Below, in pieces: positions 15,401-21,954 of a stretch of DNA of 38,627 nucleotides. A program made the position numbers and the translations under genes. Origin of the DNA: an uncultured Bacteroidales bacterium (lineage in GTDB: Bacteria > Bacteroidota > Bacteroidia > Bacteroidales > CAYFUP01); NCBI GenBank assembly GCA_964346235.1, contig CAYFUP010000004.1, positions 1 through 38,627 on the forward strand, in the 5' to 3' direction. Every line of letters begins with the position of its first letter. Position 1 is the stretch's first letter. Under the pieces are notes generated by a model that was not told the DNA's origin, did no database searches, and saw only the letters and a program-made list of their open reading frames with translations.

Positions 15401-18400
15401 TGGTATCCCAAACCAGTTCGTCACTGAATCCATCGATGACTATGGTATCTTCCGTAAAGATGGCGTCAGCAGACTCGGGTATTTCTGGCCATACAGGTTC
15501 GAAACCGCCTTCGTAAACCAACTGGGTGATTTCTTCCTGGGTGAGCGCCCTGTTATAGAAACGCACATCATCAATTTCCCCGTCAAACATATCGGAGAAA
15601 CCGTCCCAGGTACCCAGGTACAATTCTGATGGATGGCTATCCGGCACATAAGTTCCCGGAAACTCGCTATCGAGCATGTCATTCCAATAAAGCCTGAGGT
15701 TGCTGCCATCGGAGGTCACTGTGACCATTTGCCATTCATTTTCCATTATGGTGCCGGGATTTCCGGTAAACATGTGCTCATTCCCCTTATCCCATAATGA
15801 GAAATATATGGAATGGTCTATCACGGCAAACTGATAATTATGGCCGTTCGGTTCCCGTTCACCCAAAATGGTGTTCTGCCCTTCTGTTAATAAATTTGGC
15901 TTTATCCAGGCGCTTATGGTAAAATGGCTTGAATTGTTTATCAACTGGAGGTCATTGCCAATCAAGGTATAATCTCCAAATCCATTGTAATAGAAGGCTT
16001 TTTCGTCCATACCAAACCGGTCGGTGGCCAGGGTAGGTCCGAAAAGTGTTCCTGCGATGCCGGTGCCTGTAGCCTCAACAGCATCCCCGTCAAACGGGAA
16101 AAATGCGGTCAGCGACGGGTCATCGAGGATGGTATCAAGCATGACCGGATCAAAATTCACTGCACCGCCTCTGTAGGATCCGGCCCATACCGTGGTATCG
16201 CTGTCCATTAAGAGGGAATAGAAATAATGATCCGGGATTAATCCCGTTTCCTTGGAATATACCTGCCAGGTAGCTCCATTGTTTTTATATACATGAAATC
16301 CTCCTGCAAACCATACATTTCCAAGACTGTCCTGCTGTATGTCCTCTGCATACAAGTTTTCAATGTTGTTTATTTGTGTGGTTTCATGCCACGCTTCTCC
16401 GTCATAATGATAGAAATTATTGTTGGCAGCCATCCAAAGATTTCCACCGTCACCGGTAAAGATTTCGGAAGCATTAATGGGGTTTCCATGCAAAAACATT
16501 TCGTTCCATTTGCTGCCGTCAAATTCAACCATTCCATGGTCGGTGGCCACAAGAATATTTCCATTTACATTCTGAGCAATAGAGAGCACCACACTGCCCC
16601 TTCCAAGCTGATCATGGCCATATTGAATGAAACTGCTCCCATCATACTTCAGCACGCCAGCTCCGTTGTAGGAGCCAAACCAAAGATTGCCCGCATCATC
16701 CTCATAAGCACATTCATCATAAACCCCGGGTAAATCAATGATTGAGAAATTCGTTCCATCATATACGGTGGCCTGGGGCACACCGGCTGCCAGGAACCAC
16801 AGATCGCCGTTGCCGACTTTTATGGATGCCCAGCTATAATCATAGGCCAGTCCGTTTTCTGTGGTATAGTGCGTCCAGTTGGTCCCGTCAAACCTGCTTA
16901 TTCCCCGGAAGCCGGTGAACCAGATATCCCCGTTATCACCCTGAAGCATGGACCACACATTGTTTTCATTCAGTCCGCTGTTACAGGTATTATAGAAAGC
17001 ATATCCGGGCTGAACCATGTAATCACCAAAAACTTCAATGTTCCTGATATAGTTATCATCCGGCATAAAACCATCCGAAGGAAGCCCGGCAAAGACTTCC
17101 AGCTTGAAGTTTCTTTTAAACTCCGTGGTATATAAATCCACTTTGGCTGAAAAAGTATAATGCAATGTATCAAACGGATTAAGCGTATCGCTGATAAATT
17201 CAATGGCTAATTCCTGATCATCCACAAACAAAGTTACATCATAATCAGCCACCGGTTCCAAGCCCTGGTTGGTAATGTCCACATGAACATTCTCGCTGTT
17301 CCCGGGATAACATTCAGAACCTTCATCAATTTGAACATTCGTGATACCGATGTTATATTGCGGTGCTCCTTCATATACCATAAAGTCATCAAAGGCAAAT
17401 CCTTCGCTGACCGCTAGGTTATCTGTAGCGAAAGTAATCCTGAACATCACATAGGGTTTTCCTGCCATGGCTTTAATATGATGGGCCACATATGTCCAGT
17501 TCGAATCATAACCGCTCCAGCCGTCCCGGTAATTCCCAAAAGCACTTAAAGGCCCAAAATTTTCAATATCATACCAGTTGGTATCCTGTTCAAACCGTCC
17601 CACCGTGTACCAGGTTTGACCGGTATCAATGGATACCTGGAGGTTAGAAGCTCCTTCACCATAGTCAACCGCACTTTTCTTGTTGAATGAAACATAAGGC
17701 AAGGTCATGTTCGAAAGATCGAAGACAGGACTCATGACACAGGATTTTTCAAAATCACCGTGTGCTCCCGCCAGGTTGGTCACCCAGCAATTGCTGCCGG
17801 AGGCTGCAGCATCGACGGCCAATCCCGTTCCGGAGTCAGGCATGCCCCATTCCCAGGTAAGCGGTCCCTGTAAAGGCTGAGCACTCCAGAAACCCTCATC
17901 TGTCTCAAAATCTTCGGAATAAGGATAAGAAGAAATGATGGGTAAATGCAATATGTCTTGATAGAGTGTATCGTTCCATACATCTTCATCGTCGGGATGA
18001 TCAATCCATGCTTTGATGTTATATTTCCCTTGCGAAGACAGATCCGCAGACTGAGCAAAGGAATATATAAAAGGTTCGGAGGGGTATAGGGTATCGGTGA
18101 TGGTTTCGGTGACGATGCTGCCTCCATTGATCTGGTAATAAACGTCGATGCCATCCAATGGCAAAGCACCGGTATTTTCCAGCTCCAGTTCTACCGCTTC
18201 GCTGACACCCAGACCGGCCATTGTCTTTGGCGATAAAATCCGCCGGGCCGTTATATCATAAGGCAACTTATCATCATAAATATGATTGAGGGCGTTAAGT
18301 CCGTCGTGCAGCAGATGAGCCCTGTTTGGTCCATTCGTTCGTTCGTGATAAGCATCATCCCAGCTGCCGTTGATTCTAAATTTGTATTCAATGGTATTTC

Positions 18401-20003
18401 CTGCATGGAGACCATACAGGGTGGTACTGTATATGCTGTCTCCATCAAGATCATATAAGGTGTCAATGAAGTTTCCCCATTCATTAAAAGAACCGGCCAC
18501 ATCCACAAAATCTATAGCAGGATCCAGGGTACTGTCAATCAAAGGAACGCGCATGTCCACATTAAACTCCACATCTGCAGGAGGTCGCCCGCTGAGCTGT
18601 ATGTCACCTACCCCTGACAAATCCAGCCAGTCAGAATTCGGATTGCTCCAGTTCATAACGGTTTCCCTTCCTGAGCCTTCATTATCGCTTAGCGCCACAT
18701 CGAAACCCAGCACAAGACCGTTTGTCAGTTCAAAAAACACTTCATGCCTGAGGGCATCCCAGGGAATCTTGATTTCAAAAATATACCCGTCAGACTTATC
18801 AAGCTGACCAAATTCCACGCCATCCCAGATCGCATTAAAACTTTCCTGCTCGGTCAGGTTCCAGGAAAAACGGTATAGTATATTATCAATATCATCAGCA
18901 ACGCCCCCTGTTTTATCGTTGTGCAAATCAAAGTACAACTCAACATTATCATTTTCCCAGGAAGTACCGGATCCTTCGCCATAGTTGAATTTAGTCTGAT
19001 CCGTTACATCCACGAGGACGTAGAGGTTCTCAGTATCCCAGGTTGCTTTCCAAAATCCTGACAAATCAAGAGAATCATCAACAGTTCCCATTTGCAACTT
19101 ATTGATAAAATTGCGTGGAATAGCATCCCAGGTGGCTTCAGAAGTATCACCGTCAATGGTCATTTGCTCGTTGGTGTACCAGATATCTGAAAAACCGGTT
19201 TGAGGAGGAACATAGGAAGTATCAATGTTTTCAATCACCAGTGGGGTACCGAACATATCATCATATCCTTCTTCAATGAGTGGAAAAACCGTATCCTGGG
19301 AAAATGCCCGCATGTTTTCACCGATAAAAGTGGGATCCGGGTCCCATGAAGCCAGGAAGGTTACATCCGGGTTTCCGTCCACCGGTATATAAGCAGGTAC
19401 CCACATTGTATCGCCAAATGCAGGCACATTAAAGGGCACCTTGCCATCGGGACGGTGCGGAAAGGCAACGTATCCATCTGCGTTGATGTCCCAGTTGCCG
19501 TACCAAAACAGCAAATATGCCTGAGTACTGGTCGTATCGGATTTTTCAGGATAAGTTATTTCAACATCAATAACATGCTCGGCACCGGTTTGAAATTCGC
19601 TCCAATCCGCTATGGGCATTTCATCATTGAACCAAAAATACAATGAATCGGAAGGCGTTTCAATGATATGGGCCCGGTTATCTCCGCTGGGAAAATCATG
19701 TGGTTCACTCCAGCTTCCGTTCATACGGGCTTTAAATTCCACAGAGTCGCCAATCGCCAGACCTTCCAGGGAATACTCATAAATCCCGTTGCTGTCGGGG
19801 TCCTCCATAGGAGGAAGGGCAAGTTCATCCCATGTTTCAACAGAATTCGGCAAATCCACATAATCAACTTCCGGATCAAATATACCCTGACTAATATAAT
19901 AATTCATATCCACTGATATGTGCAAAATAGCGGTATCCGAAACCTGACTGTGAATGTTCAACCCAACTATTAACCCAATAAAAAGCAATGCTATTCTTTT
20001 CAT
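6486..20003 (-). CDS. Giant (4505 aa) T9SS-secreted multidomain glycan-binding/adhesin-like surface protein
   Basis: Signal peptide ending before Gln. 3 CBM20/48-like, 2 CBM9-like, 9 CARDB-like and 8 jelly-roll modules, a beta-propeller, LamG and PKD-like domains. C-terminal T9SS/FlgD-type sorting domain (LGENYPNPF…GIYLYRL…RRMIVME). Confidence 0.9.
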   Translation of the reverse strand: MKRIALLFIGLIVGLNIHSQVSDTAILHISVDMNYYISQGIFDPEVDYVDLPNSVETWDELALPPMEDPDSNGIYEYSLEGLAIGDSVEFKARMNGSWSEPHDFPSGDNRAHIIETPSDSLYFWFNDEMPIADWSEFQTGAEHVIDVEITYPEKSDTTSTQAYLLFWYGNWDINADGYVAFPHRPDGKVPFNVPAFGDTMWVPAYIPVDGNPDVTFLASWDPDPTFIGENMRAFSQDTVFPLIEEGYDDMFGTPLVIENIDTSYVPPQTGFSDIWYTNEQMTIDGDTSEATWDAIPRNFINKLQMGTVDDSLDLSGFWKATWDTENLYVLVDVTDQTKFNYGEGSGTSWENDNVELYFDLHNDKTGGVADDIDNILYRFSWNLTEQESFNAIWDGVEFGQLDKSDGYIFEIKIPWDALRHEVFFELTNGLVLGFDVALSDNEGSGRETVMNWSNPNSDWLDLSGVGDIQLSGRPPADVEFNVDMRVPLIDSTLDPAIDFVDVAGSFNEWGNFIDTLYDLDGDSIYSTTLYGLHAGNTIEYKFRINGSWDDAYHERTNGPNRAHLLHDGLNALNHIYDDKLPYDITARRILSPKTMAGLGVSEAVELELENTGALPLDGIDVYYQINGGSIVTETITDTLYPSEPFIYSFAQSADLSSQGKYNIKAWIDHPDDEDVWNDTLYQDILHLPIISSYPYSEDFETDEGFWSAQPLQGPLTWEWGMPDSGTGLAVDAAASGSNCWVTNLAGAHGDFEKSCVMSPVFDLSNMTLPYVSFNKKSAVDYGEGASNLQVSIDTGQTWYTVGRFEQDTNWYDIENFGPLSAFGNYRDGWSGYDSNWTYVAHHIKAMAGKPYVMFRITFATDNLAVSEGFAFDDFMVYEGAPQYNIGITNVQIDEGSECYPGNSENVHVDITNQGLEPVADYDVTLFVDDQELAIEFISDTLNPFDTLHYTFSAKVDLYTTEFKRNFKLEVFAGLPSDGFMPDDNYIRNIEVFGDYMVQPGYAFYNTCNSGLNENNVWSMLQGDNGDIWFTGFRGISRFDGTNWTHYTTENGLAYDYSWASIKVGNGDLWFLAAGVPQATVYDGTNFSIIDLPGVYDECAYEDDAGNLWFGSYNGAGVLKYDGSSFIQYGHDQLGRGSVVLSIAQNVNGNILVATDHGMVEFDGSKWNEMFLHGNPINASEIFTGDGGNLWMAANNNFYHYDGEAWHETTQINNIENLYAEDIQQDSLGNVWFAGGFHVYKNNGATWQVYSKETGLIPDHYFYSLLMDSDTTVWAGSYRGGAVNFDPVMLDTILDDPSLTAFFPFDGDAVEATGTGIAGTLFGPTLATDRFGMDEKAFYYNGFGDYTLIGNDLQLINNSSHFTISAWIKPNLLTEGQNTILGEREPNGHNYQFAVIDHSIYFSLWDKGNEHMFTGNPGTIMENEWQMVTVTSDGSNLRLYWNDMLDSEFPGTYVPDSHPSELYLGTWDGFSDMFDGEIDDVRFYNRALTQEEITQLVYEGGFEPVWPEIPESADAIFTEDTIVIDGFSDELVWDTIPANMISKVEAGAVMDSLDLSGYWKALWNNEHLVILVDIYDEAKHNLGAGYESPWENDNVELFFDLFNNKYGAVPDEFDNKQYRFIWDLNELTGHNVNWDGVEFAQTNRADGYTFEIRLPWYSLNEVDVPVMNGTTLGFDVSVNDNDDGTSREATMNWSNPNSNWEDLTMIGDLNLTGMPPAEVTFEVNMSYQAQTGSFDPGSDFVDLAGTFTNWGSDPIMLEDPDGDSIYSATIELSRGSYIEYKYRINGEWNTAEFPGGENRMYTIMDSNTVIYDWYNDEFPYDVGLISLISPDAGCGLTSSEVISVEIENNGNEPIAGFEITYQIDSNASVTEVFTDTLAPYTNTIYDFSQPADISTLGFHEIYLEVYHPEDAHPDNNHLYHELYNTESVLVTDAQPYFEDFEGDQSWSSYGQNNSWMLGTPNHGAINGSYSWSTNLTGYYNDEEYSFVESPCFNLSSIVVPVIDFNMDYILEECCDGVELQYSGDGGNSWHPLHFEGNTDEKQGYRNEYGWSGNSYGVINIRKPVTFLGGESSVKFRFKLQSDNSVNQQGFTFDDFQIYEGALDDDISLTGILNPVPGCGLSSSEEVVVGLVNKGKNPATDITLAFSRDSFNTVTASEFISDTLYPGEMIDYTFSNRVDLSIFREYDFGVHVDYEGDLNPADNLIMMPISNKPSYAIDSLNPYSEGFEGINFWTTGGHRPSWEQGIPGGLVINQPAEGSYVMATNLSGKYNTDEDSYIESQCFDFTNAVSPQIRFSLWTRTEECCDHLSLWYTTNNGEDWYKTGDNSDPFWYNNFEGFSGNTGGWATKLHSLDFLSGEPNVRFRFVFNSDGGVEKEGAAIDDLYIYDKPAYDVSLTALYLPKQSCDYPDNQLIEVGVSSLGRNAATGFDVGYQVDNNTPVIETVSETVFRDVEYNHLFGTNADLSADGMHTIKVWTDHPSDGIRDNDTLVYQVLNKPTINTYPYVESFEDGPGYWTSSKFEGLYTSWELGVPNGNQIKNASDGNRAWVTNLDGPYADNEVAYVESPCFDLSSLASPVLSVDIFSDNNYYDDGAIVQYSPDDGMNWYYLDHAGAIDNWYDDFSDAIYYNSDGSDAWTGNAPWRTAVRGISELAGDSLVKFRILFASYENHNNDEGFAFDNFRVYEKSASDAGVTEIYEPLTNCGLDTGYVTVDIKNFGDNLIDSIPISYQLNNNPPVTEYYLGLVNPGDFFEFSFGSVMDISTVGTYHLKVWTSLENDSVQLNDTLRHMFENQDVYLVEPATPFVEDFENGQGGWHVEGDNPSWQYGQPANDYISEASSGSNAWVSALNMDYNDNEFSYLYSPCFDLSLMNAPVIELHTIYEMESCCDGVMLEYSVDGGYSWQSLGTENEMGLSTRNWFVNYLGWTGNSGGWQNSMRISPELANEPIVKFRLKLESDGGYTEEGFGFDDFKIYTLPEYDLRLHSVLSPQSGSMLTNNEFFEVRIANEGEKDIQSFSVGYQLETSSPRIQQFNVSIPSQSTKSVFLDQIPVDLSVIGDYRFNVWVNTPDDSLRYNDTIKDYMVYRKPVIQDYPYSEDFENGKAFWHTYGKNASWEHGMPSGQVINTASSGDNAWVTNLSGEYNKGEVAFVEGPAFDLSDLVLPVIELKIFRDLPDFVEGAAIQYSVDNGEWEYLGRKGEGMNWYNNDIISVYSMEEPADGWTGNHPRWVLARHSLETLSGEHHVKFRMVFTSMEMDYYEFSGFEGFAFDDISIYESAKPYDLAPVAVHHPNPRNNCGLTSAEPVMMSVKNKGLNAASGFDVSYRIGGGSPVTESIAQELQPGEVLDYEFTGLADFSLSGYYELMVYTSYGNDQRRFNDTIFEHFLNKPLIVFPDTGIYSEDFESGENGWIAGGENSSWQLGTPNTPNISNAYSGMNAWVTNPNGPYNDNEHSYIESPCFDLTGLISPAIEFGMIYYIEECCDGVKLAYSVNGGQWQMVNNMEEFDGGGEFIGDGELNGDGELYEENYGWYDNENGWTGTYEPYWRHEYAVLPELGGQSNVKFRFIFNSDGSVREDGFAMDDFTILESAYENDVAPVALISPSKMNNCDLGSEPMVVDIFNKGLNEVSGFDITFVINYSDTITETVAGPIAPGATLEYTTTADYDFSSYTYYDVAVFTSLPSDENPMNDYYYEYFNNSPVINTFPYAEDFEEGEGYWTAQGGIESSWEYGTPQGEVIYEDTNFAWVTGIYGLYPPYSNFMLVSPCLDLSSIQNPAISFDMWTDIPDASDGLTLQYSVDNGMSWHTLGSLRDDDWYNESFTDNQGNRQDYFSGMTGGWKTVHHSLIEIPDLSNVRLRFNFGSDGQFEGEGVALDKINIFEETVYPVSFAVTDQEVYQDETVYLDGSLSEDAYGGDNFSFAWESLDGIALMDDTTLQPYFKPADANVSYGFVLTVTDNVNGTISRDTVSVSVLPTPGPVHFTDIIWSGEPNNPMEFEILKAIAFGASLEPNDEIALFDGENMVAASLIKRRFILGPLFMTASMDDAGTGELEGFIEGNSITAKVWDASEGKEYDAVIILYKPGSNTVYTDNGYAKAELLVDQAKQSIALAEGWNIMSINLHPYTRLMDSLFAPLRINESLVKVQDESGYSYEYIMGQWLNGIDLHKSTEGYKVRVDNDTELEVTGKPVDLPVNINLRKGWNIMGYPVSTPQSAELILSYLINNDILVKVQDETGASIESVSPIGWVNHIGNLQPGKGYKIKVQIPSQISIDSAFYKSTRIIRKNDLTPVRFSTVWTGNGLDHMNVYVNELLVDGQEAVTGTEVAVFDGERCVGAGVYNRTFDYLTFTASKDDPFTEDLDGYRTGNNLAFKVYDPNTGEWIDDAVVTYVNEDASTTFEPSATTVVNIRASTGSTGVSGISGLTAFLGENYPNPFAEETFINYTIAREGNVRIEIIDLLGKRVKTLADRRMVPGHYTIKWNRMDEEGERVTEGIYLYRLRTDDRSYVRRMIVME
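9451..9510 (-). repeat. 3x 18-bp in-frame tandem repeat (EFDGGG-EFIGDG-ELNGDG-EL)
   Basis: Plus-strand units agctctccatcgccattc / aattctccatctccaatg / aattctccaccaccatca, then aattct. Confidence 0.75.
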
Positions 20004-20275
20004 GATTTATTATTTTATGATGTTTTTATTATTATATGCAATGATTTGAGAAGAATTTATGAGGGCATGATTGATTAATATATTGAAATACAATTTCATA
20101 AATAAAAAAGAAAAAAATTTTACCAACCTATAAATTTACAAATTTTTTTAGGATTTTTCAAAAGATTGTTTTTTTAAAAAAGCAAAATATAATATAAGCG
20201 CAGGCCGGGAAAAGCAAAATCCTTTGAAAATTTGCAGAGCTATGGGTACTCAGAAGAATTATACGAGGTCTAATC

Positions 20276-20704
20276 TTAGTTTTCTGAATGGTATGTCTGT
20301 CCGGATCGCAGTCTTATGCCGTGACGGACTAAATCGATGAAAGAATAATGATAATTTTTTCTTAGAAGGTATATCATGAAAGCCACAAAAATGATATTGG
20401 GCAATTGTTCCTGTCCAAGGGGAATAATCAGCAGGGAAAAAATAACGGCTCCAATCAGTCCGATTTTAACGAATATATCTTTACAGATGATAAGCAGGCC
20501 AATGGTTATTTGATAAAAAGCCACAGGAATAGTAAATGCGGGGATATTGTAATAAAAGAACTCCATCAGAAAATGCTTGTAGAAGGGGATAAAAGCCGTG
20601 TCTGCAAAATCCATGTATATGGATGGACTTACCATGGTAACTACAATGTTGGCTATGCCTCCTATTATATATATACATCCGAAAAAGAACCTTAACACAT
20701 TCAT
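20276..20704 (-). CDS. Small integral membrane protein (about 4 TM helices, possibly DoxX-like)
   Basis: 142-aa hydrophobic ORF with ATG start and AT-rich upstream region. Confidence 0.75.
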   Translation of the reverse strand: MNVLRFFFGCIYIIGGIANIVVTMVSPSIYMDFADTAFIPFYKHFLMEFFYYNIPAFTIPVAFYQITIGLLIICKDIFVKIGLIGAVIFSLLIIPLGQEQLPNIIFVAFMIYLLRKNYHYSFIDLVRHGIRLRSGQTYHSEN

Positions 20705-20974
20705 GAATTATTTATCCTTTTTGTATTTACCATCTCTCTGTTATACTTAATGGTCCTGCAATAATAACATTGAATGTTGAAGTATCCATGAAATGTGCCT
20801 TAACATTTCGTTAATAATTGACGAAAATTGTTTAAAAATAAAACGTCAATACAAACATTTTATTAACAATGATTTTTATTAATCTCGTAATCAATGTTTT
20901 AATGCATTTAGCATGTTAATTTCTTAAAAGGAATATTTTTGCTTTTTTTAAATATTTTTAAAAGCAAGTGTGCA

Positions 20975-21577
20975 TTAGTTTGAGGTGAGAAAAATTTTGT
21001 AGTAATTTAACTGCATGCTATCTAATTGATGGGTGATATATCCGGTGGAATAATTATGAAAAAAGTCTTCTCCGGCACTGTCTCTGAATGCGGTGACATA
21101 ATATTGAACCGGCTGCAAATCGCGGAATAGGGCATACCCGTTTTCATCTGTGACGCTGCTTTCTATATGGTTTTTATTATCCAGCCAATCAGACCTGTTG
21201 CCAAAAAGGAATACATAACATGAATCCACGGTTGTTATGCTGTCGCTCAGAAATACCCGGAGGTAAAGATCCGTGGGTTGGATAATGGCCACTGAGGATG
21301 AAAGGCTGTCCACCAGCTTATTGTCCAGAAAACCTGTTAATGTCACTTTGTATTCCCCGGGATGATAATAAACGTGGTAAGCATGAATGCTGCCTGTATC
21401 TTCATCATCTCCGAAACTCCATGTAAAATCAAATAATCCGGTAGATTGGTTCACAAACCATACGGTATCAAATGTCCAGTACGTATTCGAATAATGCTTA
21501 AAATTTACTTCTAATGGGGAATTGTCTTCAATGTTCTGATGACAAGCAATAAAAAAAAGAGAAGCAATGAAAAACAT
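20975..21577 (-). CDS. PKD-domain lipoprotein; start uncertain, frame is open upstream to 22081
   Basis: Lipobox FIAC. PKD signature VWFVNQSTG…FTWSFGD…HVYYHPGEYKVTLT, then a prealbumin/SpaA-like domain (TDENGYALFRDLQPVQYYV). Confidence 0.8.
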   Translation of the reverse strand: MFFIASLFFIACHQNIEDNSPLEVNFKHYSNTYWTFDTVWFVNQSTGLFDFTWSFGDDEDTGSIHAYHVYYHPGEYKVTLTGFLDNKLVDSLSSSVAIIQPTDLYLRVFLSDSITTVDSCYVFLFGNRSDWLDNKNHIESSVTDENGYALFRDLQPVQYYVTAFRDSAGEDFFHNYSTGYITHQLDSMQLNYYKIFLTSN

Positions 21578-21598
21578 GATGTTTATAACTTTCCCTTG

Positions 21599-21954
21599 GC
21601 CTGTATAATAGTTAAACCATGAGATAAAAGATTCTCCTGGCCGGGTCTTCTTCCAGGATGATTTGCCTGTACAATAGTTAAACCATGAGCCTTTCAAAAA
21701 AAGCCAGGCTAAAGCAGGGGTTCTTTTTGAAGCATTCTTAAAAGCCAACTTTTTGACATGAGCTGTTTTTAATGAATTTGGCCCTGATTTTATTGAAGCT
21801 TTATTAAAAGGCAGCCATGAGCTCTTCAAGGAAAACCCATCTGAAGCAACATTTTTTTTTGATCCTCGCTTAACCCGCAACCATGCACTTTTCATGGAAA
21901 ACCCATCTGAAGCAGAATATCTTCTTGATACTCGCTTAAAAGGCAGCCATGAGC
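21599..21954. repeat. Degenerate 66-bp-period tandem array (~5.5 units) overlapping the ald stop codon
   Basis: Units start at 21606, 21672, 21738, 21804, 21870, 21936. gcctgtaYaatagttaaaccatgag at 21599/21665; ggaaaacccatctgaagca at 21830/21896; ttaaaaggcagccatgagc at 21804/21936. Confidence 0.9.

Noticed and set aside
6462-19916. Many 60-170-aa ORFs overlapping the giant gene
   Set aside because: Antisense or alternate-frame shadows of a long real CDS, with no recognisable motifs.
6486-20003. Diversity-generating retroelement target or catalytic CAZyme/peptidase
   Set aside because: No reverse transcriptase or adenine-specific repeat pair was seen, and no catalytic motif was recognised by eye. 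A hidden catalytic domain is not excluded.
21551-21558. A8 tract in the lipoprotein signal sequence as a phase-variation switch
   Set aside because: Runs of this length are common in this AT-rich window and the frame is intact.
21599-21954. CRISPR array (66-bp period fits a 36+30 layout)
   Set aside because: No repeat is shared near-identically by all units, the would-be spacers are themselves repeated, the array overlaps ald coding sequence, and there are no cas genes in the window.
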